From NCBI GenBank assembly GCA_022824665.1, contig JAJDZL010000014.1, positions 1-51,676 of the forward strand: a stretch of DNA of 51,676 nucleotides. Direction: 5' to 3'. Positions within the stretch are counted from its first letter, which is position 1. Each line of letters starts with the position of its first letter. This DNA comes from Gammaproteobacteria bacterium. Its GTDB lineage: Bacteria > Pseudomonadota > Gammaproteobacteria > Arenicellales > JAJDZL01. Both the position numbers and the translations under genes were made by a program. Below, one piece after another: positions 46,741-51,676 of this stretch. The notes beneath the pieces are model-generated. The model saw only the letters and a program-made list of their open reading frames with translations, had not been told where the DNA came from and did no database searches.

Positions 46741-47012
46741 ACGAGCCAATCGACAAGGGGTTGATGGGTACCCAGACACGGTGAATCTTGTAGTGCGCAA
46801 AGCTGAAAGCGTTGCTGCAGTCTTATGGATTTTTTGTGGTGACATTGAGTCTTTGTTTTGACCATTATTCAGCATGACCACAAAAACCATGCCGTTCATT
46901 CGACAATCAATCATGTAATTTCCGTTGGGATCATGATCTGATTCGTTCCAATCAAAAGCAACCCGGTTCATTGAATATTTTGTCGATTTTGAGTGGTAAT
47001 ATGACCCTATTG

Positions 47013-47061
47013 ATATAAATACAGTCATTATTAGTGACTGTATTTATATAATTACAGTCAC
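47013..47061 (+). promoter_or_regulatory. Operator-like palindrome plus third half-site, overlapping a perfect -10 box, upstream of ATPase 1
   Basis: ATATAAATACAGTCA (47013-27) and TGACTGTATTTATAT (47035-49) form perfect 15-bp arms with a 7-nt spacer. A third TACAGTCA lies at 47053-60. TATAAT at 47047-52 is 10 nt from the ATG, and no Shine-Dalgarno sequence is present. Confidence 0.6.
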
Positions 47062-47062
47062 T

Positions 47063-48220
47063 ATGAAAAGTGCTACCTACATACCTCAAACACAACTTCG
47101 ACACCTTAAGTCTGTTGTTGCTGCTGGCAAAGTTGTCGTCCTTTATGGACCCCGCCGGGTTGGAAAGACTACCTTGATCCAGCGTTATGTTCAACAGTAC
47201 GACCCGCACGCACTGGTGGTAACTGGCGAAGACATATTTGTCCGCGAGTTTCTGGAAAGCCAATCAATTTCGAAGCTAAAGGAATTTGTTGGAGCTCATC
47301 GAACACTCATCGTAGACGAAGCGCAGCATGTGAGAGAAGTCGGATTGAACCTGAAGCTACTGATCGATCATGTTGAAGGGCTGCGAATCATCGCCACCGG
47401 TTCATCGTCTTTCGATATAGCAAATCTTACCGGAGAACCCTTGACGGGACGCAGACACACACTTATTCTCCTTCCGCTCGCTCAATTTGAGCTTCAGAAC
47501 ATTGAAAAGACTCACGAAACAAGAGCCAATCTCGAAACCCGTATCATTTACGGCTCATACCCGGAAGTCATACTTATGGATTCGAATCAAGAACGTCAAA
47601 TTTACCTAAGGGAATTGATCACGTCGTACCTGTTTAAGGATGTTCTTCAAATTGAAGGGGTTAGATATACAGACAAATTGCTGCGGCTGCTTCAACTGGT
47701 GGCGTTTCAGATTGGTCAGGAAGTCTCGCTGGCTGAATTAGGTACTAAACTTGGGATGAGCAAGAATACGGTAGAACGATATCTCGATCTTTTGGAGAAG
47801 GCGTATGTCCTTTACAGTCGATTTGGGTTTAGTCGGAATTTACGTAAAGAAATCACAAAAAGCCGCCGGTACTATTTTTACGACAATGGGGTGCGAAATG
47901 GATTGATAAATAATTTCAATCCCATCGCGCTACGAGACGACGTGGGTTCTTTGTGGGAAAACTATGTCTGTGTTGAGCGAATGAAGTGTAATTTGTACTT
48001 TAAGCGTTTAGTAGACAGCTACTTCTGGCGAACACATGACCGACAGGAGATTGATTTGATAGAAGAGCGGGGCGGACACTTACATGCGACAGAACTAAAG
48101 TGGTCTTCCAAGTCCTCAAAAAGCCCACCACGCGGTTGGCGTCAAGCTTATCCTGACAGTTCGTTTCAGGTTATCAATCCAGATAACTATCTTGAATTTG
48201 TTGGCGTATCTGAACACTGA
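47063..48220 (+). CDS. AAA+ ATPase, AAA_14/DUF4143 (COG1373-type), paralogue 1
   Basis: 385-aa ORF with Walker A GPRRVGKTT, Walker B LIVDEAQ, RYYFYDNGV, and C-terminal EIDLIEE..ATELKWS. Confidence 0.85.
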   Translation: MKSATYIPQTQLRHLKSVVAAGKVVVLYGPRRVGKTTLIQRYVQQYDPHALVVTGEDIFVREFLESQSISKLKEFVGAHRTLIVDEAQHVREVGLNLKLLIDHVEGLRIIATGSSSFDIANLTGEPLTGRRHTLILLPLAQFELQNIEKTHETRANLETRIIYGSYPEVILMDSNQERQIYLRELITSYLFKDVLQIEGVRYTDKLLRLLQLVAFQIGQEVSLAELGTKLGMSKNTVERYLDLLEKAYVLYSRFGFSRNLRKEITKSRRYYFYDNGVRNGLINNFNPIALRDDVGSLWENYVCVERMKCNLYFKRLVDSYFWRTHDRQEIDLIEERGGHLHATELKWSSKSSKSPPRGWRQAYPDSSFQVINPDNYLEFVGVSEH

Positions 48221-48249
48221 GCAGAAAGAACAAGCTAGACTCATAAAGT

Positions 48250-48287
48250 CGAATATGTTAGAATATTCGGAGATAACCTCCGAATAA
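48250..48287 (+). promoter_or_regulatory. Repeat set CGAATAT / ATATTCG / CGAATAA upstream of ATPase 2
   Basis: A 7-bp inverted repeat (48250-56 / 48263-69) has a 6-nt spacer. An overlapping hairpin CGGAG-ATAAC-CTCCG lies at 48268-82. A third direct copy sits at 48281-87, 31 nt from the first. Confidence 0.45.
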
Positions 48288-48312
48288 TCACACATAATCA
48301 CGTAAATAACGA

Positions 48313-49476
48313 GTGATAAGCCGAACTGATTACATTAGTCGCTTGAATGTCGCGACCGCCAGATCACCGATTACTGCATTGCTGGGACCGAGGCAATCTG
48401 GTAAAACAACACTAGCTCGTCAATTTACAGAAGGACGTCAAGCCAGCTTTTTTGATCTCGAGTACGAAGCCGACCTTCGCACACTCGATAATCCAGAATT
48501 GGTGCTTGGCAGTTTGCGCGGTCTCGTTGTTCTTGACGAAATTCAATTGCTGCCTGGTCTATTTCAATATTTACGCGTTCTGGTCGACCGGGAAGTTCGC
48601 CAGGCACGTTTTCTAATATTGGGAAGTGCTTCACCGGAGTTGATTCGCGGTGTCTCGGAGTCGCTGGCCGGGCGAATTGAATTTGTTGACATTTCAGGTT
48701 TCGATGTGCGGGAAACGGGTAGTGAGATGCTTCTTACGCTGTGGCGTCGAGGCGGATTTCCACCGTCTTTCTTGGCAACATCCGAAACTGATAGTTTCGC
48801 GTGGAGAGATGGATTTATTCGTACTTTTCTAGAGCGCGATATTCCACAGCTTGGCATTAGAATTCCAACCGTTGCGATGCGCCGATTCTGGACGATGCTG
48901 GCTCACTGGCATGGGCAAATCTGGAACGCTTCAGAACTGGGCCGAGCACTGAGTGTATCAGACAAAACGGCTCGCAGTTATCTTGATCTACTGACTGGCG
49001 CATATATGGTACGCCAGCTGCAACCGTGGTATGTGAATGTTTCCAAACGACAAGTCAAGGCACCAAAAGTGTATTTTCGCGACACAGGACTACTGCACAC
49101 ACTTCTCGGCGTGACCGGCGAGCGGGAATTGTTGGGCAATCCACGCGTTGGTGCATCCTGGGAAGGATTCATTGTTGAGCAGATTCTATCTGTATTAAAT
49201 CAGCCACCGGCTTGGTTTTGGGCTGCTCACCGGGGCGGAGAAGTTGATTTGTTGGTGCAGTATGAAGGCAGGTGGCTGGGTTTCGAGATTAAATTTAATG
49301 AGGCACCGAAGATTTCAAAGTTGCTGCGCGATTCAGCTCAGCTGCTCAAGCTTGATCATCTTTTTGTTGTTTGTCTCGCAAATCGGGCCTATGCAGTCAG
49401 TGAAAACATCAGTATTTTGCCAGCATACAAAATTCACGAATTAGGCTCGCATATTGGAGAGCTGTTGGACAATTGA
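48313..49476 (+). CDS. AAA+ ATPase, AAA_14/DUF4143 (COG1373-type), paralogue 2
   Basis: 387-aa ORF with a GTG start, Walker A GPRQSGKTT, Walker B VVLDEIQ, KVYFRDTGL, and C-terminal EVDLLVQ..GFEIKFN. Confidence 0.85.
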   Translation: MISRTDYISRLNVATARSPITALLGPRQSGKTTLARQFTEGRQASFFDLEYEADLRTLDNPELVLGSLRGLVVLDEIQLLPGLFQYLRVLVDREVRQARFLILGSASPELIRGVSESLAGRIEFVDISGFDVRETGSEMLLTLWRRGGFPPSFLATSETDSFAWRDGFIRTFLERDIPQLGIRIPTVAMRRFWTMLAHWHGQIWNASELGRALSVSDKTARSYLDLLTGAYMVRQLQPWYVNVSKRQVKAPKVYFRDTGLLHTLLGVTGERELLGNPRVGASWEGFIVEQILSVLNQPPAWFWAAHRGGEVDLLVQYEGRWLGFEIKFNEAPKISKLLRDSAQLLKLDHLFVVCLANRAYAVSENISILPAYKIHELGSHIGELLDN

Positions 49477-49784
49477 ACAACTTGTCCGAACGTTACCGGA
49501 TGCAGAATTTCCGTCAATTTAATTTCGGGCCACATAACGGAAAAATAACTCCAATTTTGGCTCTTGAGAATTCGGTATTTCGCCAGCTGGGGTCTTCTGG
49601 CTACAGATCCGCTGAACCGTTATATGGCCCGCTGCCTGATTTTCTCCATTTTATTAATCCCATTGTTCAGGTCAAACCTGTGTAACCGACAGAGGCATTT
49701 GTTCGAAGTAAAACGGGAATCGTGCAATCGTGTAGCGATAGATTGCGGGTGAAGGCTCGGATTTGAGGTTAGTCTCTCAATATA

Positions 49785-49832
49785 ATGCGCATATAAATGT
49801 TAGTGATAGCATATATATGCGCATAAAAATGT
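49785..49832 (+). promoter_or_regulatory. Two 16-nt direct repeats, each with an ATGCGCAT palindrome, upstream of ATPase 3
   Basis: ATGCGCATATAAATGT (49785-800) and ATGCGCATAAAAATGT (49817-32) match at 15 of 16 positions and are spaced 32 nt apart. TATAAT lies at 49781-86. Confidence 0.5.
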
Positions 49833-49895
49833 AAAATCAATAACTGCAGATACAAAGAACGCATTTAACCACTAATGTCTGATTTTTGAAATGCA

Positions 49896-51206
49896 ATGCT
49901 TTTGCGCTTAAAAACCGACGATATTCACAAATGGATCAATCAATCGAGCCGTAAGCCTCTGTTGCTAGATGGTGCTCGACAGGTCGGCAAAACCTACTTG
50001 ATTGCTGAAGTGGTTGGAAAACAACATTTTCGACGTGTGCACCGGCTTGATTTTCGATTGGACTCGACGCTTGCGGACATTTTTGCAGAATCCCTTGACC
50101 CGAGAAAAATAGTTGAGTTAATCGAGCTACGACTCAATTCACCAATTGACTTGAGTCAAGACCTGATATTTTTTGATGAGATCGGAGATTGTCAAAATGC
50201 GGTTGATTCACTGAAGTATTTTTCGGAAGAACTTCCGTTTGCCTATGTGTGTGCAACCGGTTCCAATATAGGTTTGTTGAGGTCGTTTCCTGTCGGTTCG
50301 GTTCATTACCTGGAACTATTTCCTTTATGTTTTGAAGAATTCTTGCAGGCCAAAGGGCAATTTAAGCTTTTGGAATTTTTCCTGGAACGCCGCAACGACA
50401 AAACAGTCTTTGACCAACTTTGGCAGCTGTTGCTTGAATATTACTTCGTCGGGGGTATGCCAGAAGCTGTTTCACATTGGTTTGATGAACGAAAAAAACT
50501 CATAGAACGGGTGAACAGGGTAATGCAGGTTCATCGCGAGTTAACTGTCGGTTACCGCCAAGATTTCGGAAAGTATGCAGATAAACTGGACGCGTTGAAT
50601 ATTGACGCAGTCTTTTCAGCTGTGCCGCGGCAATTGGCGGCTTATCAGGACAATTCTGTCCAACGGTTCAAATTCAATGAAGTCGTAAAAAACAAGCAAA
50701 GGTACCAATACTTGCAGGGACCAATTGACTGGCTGGAAAAAAGCAAATTGGTACATAAGTGCTATCCGATTAGAAGCAGGCCAACCGTTCCGCTGCAATC
50801 ACAAATTAAGACAAATATCTTCAAGTTGTACCTTTTTGATGTCGGGTTGCTTGGGCATCTGCTCCAAATTCCGTTTCAACACCAGGTGTCCCAGAGCTAC
50901 CAGTACAAGGGTTACCTTGCGGAAAATTTTGTGCAAATGGAGCTTGCAGCCCGGGATAGCCGTTCGACGTATTCGTGGCAAATGGCCAGAGCTGAAATCG
51001 AGTTTATTCATCAAGGTCGCGATGGCAAAATCATTCCAGTGGAAGTGAAGAGCGGGTCACGCACCCGGGCTCGTAGTTTGCGTTCCTACATTGAACGATA
51101 TGATCCTTCTCGCGCCATCATACTTGCCGGAAGACAACGTGATCGCGCAAGTGGTCCAGTGGAAATTTGGCCGCTATATGACGCCCAGTTTATTTGCGAG
51201 TTGTAG
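49896..51206 (+). CDS. AAA+ ATPase, AAA_14/DUF4143 (COG1373-type), paralogue 3
   Basis: 436-aa ORF with Walker A GARQVGKTY, Walker B IFFDEIG, KLYLFDVGL, and C-terminal EIEFIHQ..PVEVKSG. Confidence 0.85.
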   Translation: MLLRLKTDDIHKWINQSSRKPLLLDGARQVGKTYLIAEVVGKQHFRRVHRLDFRLDSTLADIFAESLDPRKIVELIELRLNSPIDLSQDLIFFDEIGDCQNAVDSLKYFSEELPFAYVCATGSNIGLLRSFPVGSVHYLELFPLCFEEFLQAKGQFKLLEFFLERRNDKTVFDQLWQLLLEYYFVGGMPEAVSHWFDERKKLIERVNRVMQVHRELTVGYRQDFGKYADKLDALNIDAVFSAVPRQLAAYQDNSVQRFKFNEVVKNKQRYQYLQGPIDWLEKSKLVHKCYPIRSRPTVPLQSQIKTNIFKLYLFDVGLLGHLLQIPFQHQVSQSYQYKGYLAENFVQMELAARDSRSTYSWQMARAEIEFIHQGRDGKIIPVEVKSGSRTRARSLRSYIERYDPSRAIILAGRQRDRASGPVEIWPLYDAQFICEL

Positions 51207-51345
51207 TGCCATGTCATTCATCTAATTTGTTGATTACTGAAGACTCTGAATCGGTTTCAGTAAGCGTAGAATTTGTGAGGTAGGGTATCATCGCATATCG
51301 TCGGTGATCCGATACAGCAGCAAACAACGCTTCAACTGTTATTCA

Positions 51346-51676
51346 ATGGAAGACTACAAACTACACACGCCTTCAGGCAAGCCGCGCTCGCGCACCATCC
51401 CGATTGAATTTGAAGGGGTTCTCGGTAAGCATAATGCCATCACAGATGTCGATGGCGTATGTGTTGGTTACTGCACGCTGATTTCAGGTCAGGGTGCGAG
51501 AATCGTTGGTCAGGGTCCGGTCCGCACCGGTGTTACCGCAATCTTGCCTCGACCACGCGAAAAGTTGCATATACCGTGCAATGCGGGTTATTTCAGCTTC
51601 AACGGAAATGGTGAAATGACCGGAACGCATTGGATAGAAGAGTCAGGGTCGCTGCAATGGCCGATTGTTCTGACTA
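51346..51676 (+). CDS. P1/S58 (DmpA/BapA-like) aminopeptidase family protein, 5-prime partial
   Basis: An open frame runs from the ATG at 51346 to the window edge (MEDYKLHTPSG..ITDVDGVCVGY..VRTGVTAILPR..NGNGEMTGT). It is absent from the ORF track because no stop codon falls inside the window. Confidence 0.55.
   Translation, partial: MEDYKLHTPSGKPRSRTIPIEFEGVLGKHNAITDVDGVCVGYCTLISGQGARIVGQGPVRTGVTAILPRPREKLHIPCNAGYFSFNGNGEMTGTHWIEESGSLQWPIVLT

Noticed and set aside
46699-47028. A 109-aa minus-strand ORF in the spacer before ATPase 1, and a 70-aa plus-strand ORF at 49473-49685.
   Set aside because: Neither has a ribosome-binding site or recognisable motifs, both have odd composition, and the first runs through the operator palindrome. 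They are treated as non-coding. A small protein cannot be excluded.
47038-47057. CTGT-N12-ACAG upstream of ATPase 1, which looks like a LexA SOS box.
   Set aside because: The spacing is 12 nt, not the 8 nt required for the gammaproteobacterial LexA dyad. The sequence is better explained as part of the ACAGTCA palindrome and half-site set.

Overview
This 51.7-kb window looks like a bacterial chromosome segment, probably gammaproteobacterial. That guess rests on gene content and an enterobacterial-type NtrC/sigma54 glnK promoter, and I cannot verify it here. All calls come from reading the ORF translations and the DNA by eye. No database search was run, so family names are motif-level recognitions.

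Gene content, left to right:
- A minus-strand nitrogen-compound cluster (Lrp regulator, glutamine-synthetase-like ligase, NitT/TauT-type ABC transporter), divergent from a signal-peptide-bearing agmatine-deiminase-like gene.
- A solitary 793-aa 2OG-Fe(II) oxygenase fusion protein.
- Malate synthase G, a WYL regulator, an MlaC-like protein and several redox enzymes.
- glnK-amtB with a near-textbook sigma54 promoter and NtrC palindrome.
- A small compositionally anomalous islet: a GC-rich Spy/CpxP-like gene, then an orphan N6-adenine DNA methyltransferase bracketed by a 10-bp direct repeat.
- thyA-folA, a PBP-like / formyltransferase / GST group, an M24 peptidase, and a tightly packed pepN - VWA - J-domain membrane protein - beta-propeller dehydrogenase string.
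- A higBA toxin-antitoxin pair next to a complete lexA-imuA-imuB-dnaE2 SOS mutagenesis cassette.
- fur, cytochrome c5 and malonyl-CoA decarboxylase.

The best candidate for something undescribed is a tandem block of three mutually divergent AAA+/DUF4143-type ATPases. Each has a nuclease-like C-terminal motif and its own private upstream repeat or palindrome set with about 31-33 bp spacing. A truncated, frameshifted fourth copy lies between fur and lexA.

I saw no rRNA, tRNA, CRISPR array, transposase or integrase.
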